From an uncultured Clostridia bacterium (lineage in GTDB: Bacteria > Bacillota > Clostridia > TANB77 > CAG-465), in NCBI GenBank assembly GCA_947625855.1, contig CANQPW010000001.1, forward strand, positions 10,969 through 74,968: a DNA stretch of 64,000 nucleotides, written 5' to 3'. The translations under genes were made by a program, and so were the position numbers. Positions within the stretch are counted from its first letter, which is position 1; each line of letters starts with the position of its first letter. This document shows, in pieces, positions 30,061 to 40,132 of this stretch. The notes beneath the pieces were generated by a model that was not told where the DNA came from, ran no database searches, and saw only the letters and a program-made list of their open reading frames with translations.

Positions 30061-31191
30061 TTAATTTTTAGAAGCCTTTTTTGATAATTTATTTATTTTA
30101 TCTATTATTTTTTGTGATAGTTCCATAATTTTATCTTCTTCAAACTTATCAAAATCACTAAATGTATATCCTGAATTATCTATTGTAGGTTCACTATTTT
30201 TCTTATAGCCCCCACTTATTCCAATCATCTGACCTTTATCCTTAAATTTTTCAATATTAGATGTAAACTTAAACACAAAAAATTCTTCATCATTCATCTC
30301 AAAACTTTTTACAAATTCTATTGTATCTGGCACATTTGCTAGTTCTGCTGGATGCATAAGCCAATTTACCATATCTGACATAGCAAGATGTTCTTTTGTA
30401 AGATATTCTTCTGGAAATCTGTATAATCTATTCATATTTCTTAAAATTTTGTAAAATCTTTTACAAGTCCTATTTTCTTTTGCTAGTTCATTAATATATG
30501 CATCAGGTACTTGAACGTTATTATATATTAGTGTGCATACAGAAAATAAATTTATTTCTATATCATCAATATCTAAGCTTCTCTCTACATATTTTAAAAT
30601 TTTTGAATCATTATACATTCTGGCAACATCTACCATAATTTCAAGACTTTTTAACATATCATTTGTAGGTTTTGTTTTAGTTTCAGCTAAATAATCAAGC
30701 ATAATTCCTATTTTATATAAACTGTTTTTTATAATTCCTTTATACTTATCCTCTATTTTTTCATAATACTTATCATGATTTAATAAAACTAAATACATAC
30801 AATCTGATATACCATGGAAATTATCCATAACAATATCTGAAAGTATTGGTACTAATTCTAAGAATTTTTCTTCATCAAGTATTATATTTTCTAAATCAGT
30901 GACAAATTCAATTCTGTTATATAATTTGTGCAATAAATAAATTGCAATTTTAAATTCTTTTAAAGTAGATTTTGAATAATAATACTCAATTATATACGGA
31001 AATATATCAGAATTAATAGATTTATATTTTTTTAATAATATTTCTGATAGTTCAGTTATTTTCTCATCTGCCATATCATTAGTATTTAGTTTATCTAAAG
31101 TTTTTGAAAGTTCCTGATAATTATTTGCCTCATTTATATTTTTTATCAATAATCTGTACTCTTTTGCTAAAAATAACAAGCTAATCACCAA
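30061..31191 (-). CDS. Hypothetical protein (376 aa)
   Basis: Complete ORF; no family recognised. Confidence 0.4.
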   Translation of the reverse strand: MVISLLFLAKEYRLLIKNINEANNYQELSKTLDKLNTNDMADEKITELSEILLKKYKSINSDIFPYIIEYYYSKSTLKEFKIAIYLLHKLYNRIEFVTDLENIILDEEKFLELVPILSDIVMDNFHGISDCMYLVLLNHDKYYEKIEDKYKGIIKNSLYKIGIMLDYLAETKTKPTNDMLKSLEIMVDVARMYNDSKILKYVERSLDIDDIEINLFSVCTLIYNNVQVPDAYINELAKENRTCKRFYKILRNMNRLYRFPEEYLTKEHLAMSDMVNWLMHPAELANVPDTIEFVKSFEMNDEEFFVFKFTSNIEKFKDKGQMIGISGGYKKNSEPTIDNSGYTFSDFDKFEEDKIMELSQKIIDKINKLSKKASKN

Positions 31192-31259
31192 ATATATTAT
31201 ACTACATAATTATTCTTTTTTCCATAAAAATTCCTCTTAAATTTTAAGAGGAATTCTTA

Positions 31260-31991
31260 CTAACTTAAATATGCATATATTTTTCTCATTTTTAAATTAG
31301 TTATTATACTATTTTTTGTTATAGTCTCTTTCATATTACCAAAATACTCTTTAAATATTGAAATTGTATCTACACTTCTTATATCTATTGGAATATTTGC
31401 TTCCTTTACTAAACACACATCATTTTTAATAGATATATTTTTGTATACATTAAAAGATATTCCATAAGCAAAGTCTGGGTTTTTACTAGATAATACTTTA
31501 ATTTCTAAATCATTTATACATCCATCATCTATATAAATAACATTAATAATATATCCAAATGAAAATTCGGTAGCAAATCTGTCCTTTGCTTCAAAAATGT
31601 ATTTTATTTTTAATAGTAATTTATGGATATTTGATATTTTAATTACACTATTTCTTTTAAAATTAAAAATATTTAAAACTCCATTATCATATACTATGAC
31701 ACCAGAGCTTACATCTTCTATATAATCTTCTAAAACATATATATGAGTAGTTTTATCAATACTTGATAATAACATAAATTTTGAAATTTTAAAAAATGTA
31801 GAGCTTGGTCTAATATATGAAGTAAAAATATTTTTTGAATCAATAAAATAAATTTCCTTTTGTGTTACTATGTCAAATATTGTAATTTGACATAGATAAT
31901 AGTTTTGTAATACTACATATCTACTATTTTTACTACAATTTAAAATCCGACAATTTTTTGGTATAAATTCCTTTAATTTTGAAATTTTCAA
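31260..31991 (-). CDS. Hypothetical protein (243 aa)
   Basis: Complete ORF; no family recognised. Confidence 0.4.
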   Translation of the reverse strand: MKISKLKEFIPKNCRILNCSKNSRYVVLQNYYLCQITIFDIVTQKEIYFIDSKNIFTSYIRPSSTFFKISKFMLLSSIDKTTHIYVLEDYIEDVSSGVIVYDNGVLNIFNFKRNSVIKISNIHKLLLKIKYIFEAKDRFATEFSFGYIINVIYIDDGCINDLEIKVLSSKNPDFAYGISFNVYKNISIKNDVCLVKEANIPIDIRSVDTISIFKEYFGNMKETITKNSIITNLKMRKIYAYLS

Positions 31992-32110
31992 AACAAATTT
32001 CCTCCTATAATATAATTTGGTAAATTTTTATATACCTTCAAATTATAACACTTTAAAAGTTTTAAATCAAGAAAAAAAGATATTAAATTAAAATAATATA
32101 ATATAACGAA

Positions 32111-32160
32111 AAATAAATAATTAAAAATAAATAAAAATTAAAAATAAATAAAATAAAAAC
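32111..32160. repeat. AT-only tandem repeat (unit about 17 nt, ttaaaaataaataaaaa, two copies) forming the T-run of a terminator
   Basis: Direct tandem duplication seen in the sequence; the hairpin gtcgtt/aacgac at 32163-32180 follows it. Confidence 0.5.
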
Positions 32161-32184
32161 AAGTCGTTAAATTCAACGACCTGT

Positions 32185-32406
32185 TTACCACTCCCCCTTT
32201 CTTATATCATTTTTGGATTTTTGCCTTATGTTCTTTGGATTTTTAGTTTTGTCGTTATGGACAAAACTAGCCGGACATATAGGCATACCAGCACAGTGCA
32301 TTAAAAAATCTGCACTGCCAAATTTCTTTCCCCCTTTACCTTTAGGGGATTTCTCACATACAGGAAATGTCCTGTTCCTCTTTTTGCTCATTTTATTTTC
32401 CTCCAA
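32185..32406 (-). CDS. Small Lys-rich, Cys-containing hypothetical protein (73 aa)
   Basis: ORF with RBS GGAGG (tttggaggaaaataaaatg) and a downstream hairpin terminator. Cys pattern C-x25-C-x5-C. No family recognised. Confidence 0.35.
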   Translation of the reverse strand: MEENKMSKKRNRTFPVCEKSPKGKGGKKFGSADFLMHCAGMPICPASFVHNDKTKNPKNIRQKSKNDIRKGEW

Positions 32407-32599
32407 ATGTTTAATATTTTTAATTCATTTTAATTATATCAATTATTCATTTTTATGTCAACAAAATCATTATATAATTTTTTTATGTTAATTATAACTT
32501 TAAATTATAACATTACAGTAATATATTCTTTTTATTTGACATATATGATATAATAAGAGTGTAATATTAATTGTTCTATTTTAATTAAAGGAGAATGTT

Positions 32600-33274
32600 A
32601 TGCTAAATGCAAAGACACTAGAAAGCTTACTAAATGCACCTATAAAGTGCGACGAAGGAAGATTAATGCGTTTAATGTCTTGCGATAATCCGATAAAGAC
32701 AATTTATATCTTCCACCATTACGATTCATCTGTACAAGGTAGTTTTGAATGTAAAGTAAAAGCATCGATTTTAGAATTTTCAAAAATGGTAGATTATCTT
32801 TTAAAAAATGAAGGAAATGTCGATAGGGATAGACTGATTGGTGTTAATAAAGTTGCTATATTACCTACAAGAAATATTATAAAAAACGCACTATATGAAA
32901 TAGCAAACTGGATATACCTTTTAAAAGAAATATTAGTATCAAACGATATAACAACCCTATACTCAGATATTTACTCATTATCTATGATAAACTACATCGT
33001 ACTTACAAGTTTTTGTGGCATCACAGATTTTTCAAAAAATATTAATAATTCAAGAACTTTAAGACGGTTTATAAATTTCCAAAAAGAAAGTAAACAGTTT
33101 ATAAAAGGTGATATACACATTGATGCCTATTTAAAAGAGGTAGCAAATCACAAACAATTTTTAGAAGAAACTTTTAGAACTTTTTTTAAGTACGATTTAT
33201 TAGAAGAAGACTTTTTAGCATTCATATTACTTTTTGATATACGAAAAAATCGAAATATGGTAAATAATAAATAA
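32600..33274 (+). CDS. Hypothetical protein (224 aa)
   Basis: RBS AAAGGAGAA; no family recognised. Confidence 0.4.
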   Translation: MLNAKTLESLLNAPIKCDEGRLMRLMSCDNPIKTIYIFHHYDSSVQGSFECKVKASILEFSKMVDYLLKNEGNVDRDRLIGVNKVAILPTRNIIKNALYEIANWIYLLKEILVSNDITTLYSDIYSLSMINYIVLTSFCGITDFSKNINNSRTLRRFINFQKESKQFIKGDIHIDAYLKEVANHKQFLEETFRTFFKYDLLEEDFLAFILLFDIRKNRNMVNNK

Positions 33275-33338
33275 GAATAAATGGCATTTTGCTATTTATT
33301 CTTATTTTTATCTATGTTATAATTTTAATGGTGATATT

Positions 33339-33620
33339 ATGAATCCATATTTAATTTTGACAATTTACATTATTGTAATAAATATATTTGCTTTTTTTGC
33401 TATGAAACTTGATAAAGATTTAGCTAAAAAACAAATGTGGCGTATTAGCGAAAAAGCATTATTTTCATTTGCATTATTTTTAGGTGCCCCAGGTATACTT
33501 GCTGGTATGTATACTTTTAGACATAAAACAAAACATATAACATTTGTAATACTTATACCTGTGTTAATTATACTTAATATTATAACAGTATATTTTATAG
33601 TAACTAAATTTATAAACTAA
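33339..33620 (+). CDS. DUF1294 small membrane protein
   Basis: Pattern MKxDKxxAKKxxWRISEKALFxxALFLGAPGILAGMYxFRHKTKH is typical of DUF1294. Confidence 0.6.
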   Translation: MNPYLILTIYIIVINIFAFFAMKLDKDLAKKQMWRISEKALFSFALFLGAPGILAGMYTFRHKTKHITFVILIPVLIILNIITVYFIVTKFIN

Positions 33621-33647
33621 AAAGTGAAGCTAACTTCACTCTTTAAT

Positions 33648-35351
33648 TTACATTTTTTCAGGACATTCAATACCTAGTAATGATAGTCCTTTTTTTATTA
33701 CAATACTTGTTGCATATACTAAACCACATCTTGCATTTTTTAAATTTTCATCATCAACTAATACAGGACATTCGTTATAAAATCTAGAAAATAATGTTGC
33801 AACATCAATTAAATATCTTGCAAGTATTGCTGGCTCATATTCTTCTAATGCCTTTAAAACTATATTTGGAAATTTTCCAAGCTCTTTTACAAGCTCAATT
33901 TCTTGTTTTGTATTAAGTAAGTTATAATCAATTTTTGTTTTTGTATCAAATTTTACCTTATTTAAAATAGATTTTGCTCTTACATATGTATATTGCACAT
34001 AAGGGCCTGTTTCTCCATCAAATCTTAAAGTTTCATCTAAATCAAAAATTATATCTTTTACTTTTGTAGTTTTTAAATAATTAAATATTAATGCCCCTAC
34101 TCCTATCTGCTTTGCAATATTATCTATATCTTCAAGATTTGCATCTTTTGCTATAATTATATCCTTTGCTTTTTTTATAGCGTCTTCTATTAAATCATTA
34201 ATATATACTATTGTGCCATCTCTTGTAGACATCTTACCAGTTTTAAGCCTTATCATACCATAAGAAATATGTATAAGTCCCTTTTGATATTTTTCATCTA
34301 CTAAATACTTTGCTACTTCAAATATTTGTTTAAAATGAAGTATTTGTTCACTTCCAGTTATATAAATACATTTTGAAAAATCATATGTTCTAGCCCTGTA
34401 AAGTATTGCAGCTAAATCACGTGTAGCATATATAGTTGAACCATTTGATTTAACCACAATACAAGGTGGCATATTTTCTCCAACATTTACTACCTTTGCA
34501 CCTTGACTATCAACTAAAACTCCTTTTTTATCTAATATTTGTATAACCTCATCCATTTTATCGCTATAAAAAGCTTCACCATTATATGAATCAAAACCAC
34601 ATCCAAGTATATCATATATTCTTTTATATTCTTTTATTGATACGTCCCTAAATATTTTCCATAATTTTAATATTTCTTCATTTCCTTCTTCAAGTTTTTT
34701 GAAATTTTCTCTAGCAATATCAAAAATACTTTCATCTTCTTTTGCAAGTTTATTAATCCTTATATATATGTCAAGCAAAACATTTAAAGAATCTTTTGTT
34801 ATATCATATTCATCTTTAAATCTTTTATATCCTTCAATTAAAAGTCCAAATTGTCTTCCCCAATCTCCTAAATGATTTATTCTTGTAACGTTATAACCAC
34901 ATATTTTATACATATTATATAAAGAAGCACCAAGTACAGTATTTCTAAAGTGTCCTAAATGAAATGGCTTAGCAATATTTGGTGATGAATATTCTACTAT
35001 TATATTTTCGCCATTCCCTATATTTGTATCACCATACTTTTCATTTTTAGATATTATTTCATTAAGTACAGTAGATGTTACATTAGTATTATTAAGATAA
35101 AAATTCAAATATCCATTTATAACCTCTACTTTAGATATCTTATCATTTAAAACTATTTTTTCTTTAATAGTATTTGCAATATTTACAGGTGAATTTTTTA
35201 AAATTTTTGCAAGATTAAAACAAGGATATGAAAAATCACCATGTTCTTTATCCTTTGGAATTTCTATTTTATCTAATACATCATTTTTTGATATTTTATT
35301 ATCAAGAGACAAAACTATACTTTCTGCAATTATTTCTTTTATATCTTCCAT
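33648..35351 (-). CDS. argS: Arginine--tRNA ligase
   Basis: Class I aaRS HIGH-like motif (PFHLGHFRN) and KMSKS-like KMSTR, plus the DALR anticodon-binding C-terminus. Likely start ATG 35351 (MEDIKEII...); the track ORF starts 19 codons upstream. Confidence 0.85.
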   Translation of the reverse strand: MEDIKEIIAESIVLSLDNKISKNDVLDKIEIPKDKEHGDFSYPCFNLAKILKNSPVNIANTIKEKIVLNDKISKVEVINGYLNFYLNNTNVTSTVLNEIISKNEKYGDTNIGNGENIIVEYSSPNIAKPFHLGHFRNTVLGASLYNMYKICGYNVTRINHLGDWGRQFGLLIEGYKRFKDEYDITKDSLNVLLDIYIRINKLAKEDESIFDIARENFKKLEEGNEEILKLWKIFRDVSIKEYKRIYDILGCGFDSYNGEAFYSDKMDEVIQILDKKGVLVDSQGAKVVNVGENMPPCIVVKSNGSTIYATRDLAAILYRARTYDFSKCIYITGSEQILHFKQIFEVAKYLVDEKYQKGLIHISYGMIRLKTGKMSTRDGTIVYINDLIEDAIKKAKDIIIAKDANLEDIDNIAKQIGVGALIFNYLKTTKVKDIIFDLDETLRFDGETGPYVQYTYVRAKSILNKVKFDTKTKIDYNLLNTKQEIELVKELGKFPNIVLKALEEYEPAILARYLIDVATLFSRFYNECPVLVDDENLKNARCGLVYATSIVIKKGLSLLGIECPEKM

Positions 35352-35515
35352 AACATAACCTTCTTTTTTTAATACATATATTTTACAATATATTGCCAAA
35401 TTTTTCAAGATTTAACCATATATTTATATAAATAGATAAATTATTGTTTTTCATTAATTATATATTGTTTTTCGATATATATTGTGATATACTATAACAT
35501 ATATTGGAGGTTACA

Positions 35516-37387
35516 ATGAAAATTTTAGATAATATTAATTATCCATCTGATTTAAAAAAATTAAAGAAATCAGAATTAAGTAAATTATGCGAAGAAATAC
35601 GTGAGTTTTTAATAACAAACATCTCAAATACTGGTGGGCATTTAAGCTCAAATCTTGGTGTTGTTGAACTTACAGTAGCAATGCATTATGTATTTAATGC
35701 ACCTGAGGACAAATTCATATTTGATGTAAGTCATCAATGTTATACTCATAAAATTCTTACTGGAAGAAAAAACGAGTTTTTAACACTAAGGCAAGAACAT
35801 GGCTTAAGTGGATTTACAAATAAAGATGAAAGTAAATATGATACATTTACATTAGGACATAGCTCTACATCAATTGCTATGGCAACGGGTATAGCAATTG
35901 CAAGAGATATAAAAAAAGAAAATTATAAAGTAGTGGCAGTAATTGGTGATGGCTCTCTTACAGGCGGTCTTGCATATGAGGGATTAAATAATATAAGTCT
36001 TTTAAAATCAAATATAATTGTTATTTTAAATGATAATGATATGTCAATATCTAAAAGCGTTGGCTCCCTTACAAAATATCTAAATAAACTTCGTGCTAAA
36101 AAAAGATATTTTAAATTTAAGTCTACAACTACAAATATTTTATGTAAAATTCCATTTGGAAAATTCATTTTAAAAAGATTAGATAAAGCTAAAAGATTTT
36201 TAAAATATCAATTCATAAATCAAAGTGTTATATTTGAAAACTTAGGCTTTAAATATGTAGGTCCAATACCTGGTCATGATATTGACACTCTCATAACTGT
36301 ATTTGAGGAAATAAAAAATCAAAATGAAAAAATCCTACTTCATATAAAAACTAAAAAAGGAAAAGGTTATCAATATGCTGAGAACAATCCTACTGCCTTT
36401 CATGGTGTGGGAAAATTTGATAAAAACTCTGGAATTATAAAAAAAAGTGATGCTTTAACATATAGCTCTGTTGTAGGAAATAAACTTATGAAAATGGCAA
36501 ATAAGAATAAAGATTTTGTAGTAATAACTGCTGCTATGACAGATGGTACTGGAATATCCACATTTTATAGGAAACATAAAGATAGATTTTTTGATGTTGG
36601 TATTGCAGAAGAATATGCAGTAAGTTTTTGTGCTGGACTATCATCAGAGAATATAAAACCTATATTTATTGTATACTCCACTTTTATTCAAAGAGCATAT
36701 GATCAAATTATTCATGATATATGTCTAAATAATTTATTTGCTATGTTTTTAATAGATAGAGCAGGAATTGTTGGCGAAGATGGAAAAACTCATCAAGGAA
36801 TATATGATATTGCTATGTTAGCCAATATACCAAATCTTGTACTTGTTGCACCACGTGATACAATTGAGCTTGAAAATATGATTGACTATGGTATGTCACA
36901 ATCTTTACCAATAGCTATACGATACAAAAAAGGAACATCTTATCCTACTAAATTTAATACTTATACTAAAATTAAACTTGGAAAATATGAAATTTTAAAT
37001 AAAGGAAATGATATTGCTTTAATTGGACTTGGTGCCTTCTTTGAAACAGCAGAAAAAATATATTTTCTATTAAAACAAAATGGAATTAATGCTACATTAA
37101 TAAATCCTAGATTTGTTACACCAATAGATAAAGAAACACTACATGAAATTGCATTATCTCACAAACTTATAGTAACTTTAGAAGATGGTATTTTAAGTGG
37201 TGGATTTGCATCTCAAATTGCTTCTTATCTATATGAAAATGGTTTAAATAAAATAGATATGTTAAATTTTGGCTATCCAAAAGATTTTATTTCTCATGGA
37301 AAAAGAGAAGATATTATAAAAAGGTATTCTTTAGATGCAAATAGCATAACAGATAAAATATTAGAAAAGTATAAAGCACTCAAATAA
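35516..37387 (+). CDS. dxs: 1-deoxy-D-xylulose-5-phosphate synthase
   Basis: TPP-binding motifs (GDGSLTGGLAYEGLNN, ...HQGIYD...) and transketolase-like C-terminus. GGAGG RBS at 35506-35510; ATG at 35516. Confidence 0.9.
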   Translation: MKILDNINYPSDLKKLKKSELSKLCEEIREFLITNISNTGGHLSSNLGVVELTVAMHYVFNAPEDKFIFDVSHQCYTHKILTGRKNEFLTLRQEHGLSGFTNKDESKYDTFTLGHSSTSIAMATGIAIARDIKKENYKVVAVIGDGSLTGGLAYEGLNNISLLKSNIIVILNDNDMSISKSVGSLTKYLNKLRAKKRYFKFKSTTTNILCKIPFGKFILKRLDKAKRFLKYQFINQSVIFENLGFKYVGPIPGHDIDTLITVFEEIKNQNEKILLHIKTKKGKGYQYAENNPTAFHGVGKFDKNSGIIKKSDALTYSSVVGNKLMKMANKNKDFVVITAAMTDGTGISTFYRKHKDRFFDVGIAEEYAVSFCAGLSSENIKPIFIVYSTFIQRAYDQIIHDICLNNLFAMFLIDRAGIVGEDGKTHQGIYDIAMLANIPNLVLVAPRDTIELENMIDYGMSQSLPIAIRYKKGTSYPTKFNTYTKIKLGKYEILNKGNDIALIGLGAFFETAEKIYFLLKQNGINATLINPRFVTPIDKETLHEIALSHKLIVTLEDGILSGGFASQIASYLYENGLNKIDMLNFGYPKDFISHGKREDIIKRYSLDANSITDKILEKYKALK

Positions 37388-37401
37388 TTTGAGTGCTTTA
37401 A
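37374..37401. terminator. Bidirectional terminator: perfect 12-bp stem aaagcactcaaa / tttgagtgcttt
   Basis: Perfect inverted repeat with loop taat, between convergent dxs and the RNHCP gene. Confidence 0.6.
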
Positions 37402-37713
37402 TATCCCTCTTTTGTATATTTTTCTATAATTTTATATATCATCTCTCTATTATCATCACGTGCAACAATATTTCTTACTTCCATGTTACACTTGCTACAT
37501 TTATATACTATAACTTCACCTTTTTTTGATGAATTAATAACATTTACTGGTACAAGTAAACCATGACATGTATTTTTTCTATCTCCGTGGCTCTATATCA
37601 ACATGAAGTGAACAAAGACAGTAATTACAATGATCTCTTGATGTATATTTTAGTTTTTCTACTTTTTTTCCACAATTTTTACAAATAAATTCTTGATCGT
37701 TTTTAATAAACAT
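37398..37713 (-). pseudogene. RNHCP-domain zinc-ribbon protein with internal frameshift
   Basis: The minus strand encodes MFIKNDQEFICKNCGKKVEKLKYTSRDHCNYCLCSLHVDIEP, then shifts frame, then ...GDRKNTCHGLLVPVNVINSSKKGEVIVYKCSKCNMEVRNIVARDDNR...; this is the RNHCP signature (R/RDHCP.CL.SLHVD). An extra C at about 37587 (ccaCggagat) breaks the frame. RBS GAGGT. Confidence 0.55.
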
Positions 37714-37783
37714 TTTAACTTACCTCATTTATATTTTAATATAAATGAAATAAAAAAGCAAGAAAAATAGAGGACATTGTCCC

Positions 37784-38068
37784 CTATTCGTTCTCAAAAA
37801 GACTTGACAACTCCTCAAATCTTTCATCATTTTCATCTTTTAAAATCTCCAATATCTCATCAAGACTTTTATCCATTCTTTCAGCCTCAACTGCAAGCCT
37901 ATTAAGATATCTACGCCAAACAGCATTTACATCAGGCTCTGGGACTTTTTTGTGTTCATAGTCATACATACACACAAATCCCATTGCACATATTCCTCTA
38001 CACTTTGGACATAAAGCCCGATGGAACTTATCAATTACTTCATTTGGAACATTAACCGCACTACTCAT
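37784..38068 (-). CDS. Small Cys-rich hypothetical protein (94 aa)
   Basis: CPKCRGIC...C motif and acidic C-terminus; no family recognised. Confidence 0.35.
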   Translation of the reverse strand: MSSAVNVPNEVIDKFHRALCPKCRGICAMGFVCMYDYEHKKVPEPDVNAVWRRYLNRLAVEAERMDKSLDEILEILKDENDERFEELSSLFENE

Positions 38069-38148
38069 TTATAGGCCATCCTTGTATTTTTAATATGTAT
38101 ATTATATCATATTCTTATTTTTATGTCAAACAAAGGAGACATAATCTT

Positions 38149-38302
38149 ATGTCTCCCAATATTTTTCTTTAGCCTTAGGTTCTATATTTTCCTTACTTTC
38201 TTCCTCAGATTCTTTAGTAAAAAATGGTCTAAGACTTGCCAACGTTTTATAAAACACTAGCATATCTTCCAGTTTTTCTTTTGTCATAATTGGCTCTTTC
38301 AT
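38149..38302 (-). CDS. Small hypothetical protein (51 aa)
   Basis: ATG at 38302 with strong AAGGAGA RBS; encodes MKEPIMTKEKLEDMLVFYKTLASLRPFFTKESEEESKENIEPKAKEKYWET. Confidence 0.3.
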
Positions 38303-38437
38303 TTTTCTTTCTCCTTATTAAATATTATTTGCATACAAATTAATGATGCATTATTTTTTATTATAAATATATTATATCACGTATCTTTTTTTATGTCAAT
38401 TTTACAAATTAAAAACGTAGCATATGCTACGTTTTAT

Positions 38438-40084
38438 TTATCTATAAAAGCATCCATTTCCAATAAATTCTCTAATTATTGAGTCAAAAGGTATATTAGA
38501 TGTTTCCATTGGTAAGAAATTATTTAAGTATTCATATAATCTTCTTGCCTCTGCATAATATTCATTTGTTTTTTCAATTTGAAGTAATAGTGGCTGAGCA
38601 AATGTCTTCATAACACTTGCCTCATAAAGTAAGCTTGAGTTATAAATATAGTCTGCTGATTCAACAAAAGGATATATATACTTTTCTTCACCTTTTTTAA
38701 CATTTTTCCATAACTCAAATGTTCTTTGAACACTATGACCACGAGTTGAATAATCTCTTACCATTCTCCTTAAAAATCTTATATCAGAAGAAGATACTTT
38801 TGTATATCCATCTATATTTAAAGTAACTATTGGTGCAATATATATTTTATATTTATTCTCCTGTGGTGTAAATTCTGTGCATATAGGATTTAGAGCATGT
38901 ATTCCTTCAATAATTAATATATCATTTTTCTTTAATTTTAAGTAATTTCCATTATACTTTTTTGTACCAACTACAAAATCAAACTCTGGTAATTCAACTG
39001 TCTTTCCATCAATTAAATCTTTCATTTGACTATTAAATAAGTCTATATCTAAAGCCTCAATACACTCAAAGTTATAATTTCCTTCCTCATCTAATGGAGT
39101 TTCTTTTCTTTCCTTAAAATAATTATCCATTGAGATTGTTATAGGTCTGTAACCATTTAACTTAAGTTGTATACCCATTTTTTGTGCAAAAGTAGTTTTA
39201 CCAGAAGATGAAGGGCCTGCAATAAGTATCATTTTTACATCTTTTCTTTTCTCAATATCTTGAACTAACTCTATTAATTTTCTTTGATGTATTGCCTCAC
39301 ATACTTGAATAATCTCTTGACTTCTATTTTGTAGTATTTTTTCATTCAAATGTCCTATATTTGATATGCCTATTACACTTTTTAGTTTATTAAATTCAGT
39401 ATATGCATCAAATAGCTTTATATCTGTTACTTTATTATTTATTTCCATATTTTTATCTGGAATTACAAGAAGTGCCCCATCTTTATATTTTATTAAATCA
39501 AATGTTTTAACATATCCAGTATTTGGAGCTAATGCACCATAAAAGTTATTATACATTCCATCACAAAAATACATACTAACATATGATTTTAATCTGTTAT
39601 CTAGATTTTGAAGTTTATCTATATCATTTGACTGTGTGTATAAATCTGTTGCTTCTTCTAAAGATACAACTCTTTTTTCAAGTGGAAGTTTTCTTGCAAT
39701 TATATCTTCCATTTTTTCTTTTATTCTCTCAATTTTTTCTTTTGTTATTTCCATATTATTTATTATAAAATACTGATTGTTATTAATAGTTGCAATAAAC
39801 TCAACATCTGCATTTGAATAAAGTGATGTAAGAGCCATATAAAGTACCATTTTTAAAGTTCTAGAATATACTCTATAACCATCTGAGCTTTCTATTGTTA
39901 CATATTCTATTTTTGAATCTTTTACAAGCTCATATTTATAATTTTTTACTTCATTGTTTATTTTTAAAGATAATATATTATCTATATTTTTCTCTACAAG
40001 CTTTACTGCCTCTATTGCAGGTGTTTTATATGGTACTTCAACTACTCTACCCTCTGGTAGTAATATTTTTAATTTTTTATTCAT
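38438..40084 (-). CDS. Uridine kinase / phosphoribulokinase-family nucleoside kinase with N-terminal TGS-like domain
   Basis: Walker A AGPSSSGKTT in the central region; PRK/UK family architecture. 548 aa. Confidence 0.6.
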   Translation of the reverse strand: MNKKLKILLPEGRVVEVPYKTPAIEAVKLVEKNIDNILSLKINNEVKNYKYELVKDSKIEYVTIESSDGYRVYSRTLKMVLYMALTSLYSNADVEFIATINNNQYFIINNMEITKEKIERIKEKMEDIIARKLPLEKRVVSLEEATDLYTQSNDIDKLQNLDNRLKSYVSMYFCDGMYNNFYGALAPNTGYVKTFDLIKYKDGALLVIPDKNMEINNKVTDIKLFDAYTEFNKLKSVIGISNIGHLNEKILQNRSQEIIQVCEAIHQRKLIELVQDIEKRKDVKMILIAGPSSSGKTTFAQKMGIQLKLNGYRPITISMDNYFKERKETPLDEEGNYNFECIEALDIDLFNSQMKDLIDGKTVELPEFDFVVGTKKYNGNYLKLKKNDILIIEGIHALNPICTEFTPQENKYKIYIAPIVTLNIDGYTKVSSSDIRFLRRMVRDYSTRGHSVQRTFELWKNVKKGEEKYIYPFVESADYIYNSSLLYEASVMKTFAQPLLLQIEKTNEYYAEARRLYEYLNNFLPMETSNIPFDSIIREFIGNGCFYR

Positions 40085-40132
40085 ATAATCTTCCCCTCTA
40101 AATAGTATTTTAACATTTTACTAATATTAATT

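Noticed and set aside
32101-32184. Possible CRISPR-like repeat
   Set aside because: It has only two copies of an AT-only 17-nt unit and no spacers. It is the T-run of a hairpin terminator.
35352-35515. Possible T-box leader upstream of argS
   Set aside because: Only about 160 nt of divergent intergenic space is shared with dxs. That is too short for a T-box, and I see no specifier or T-box sequence.
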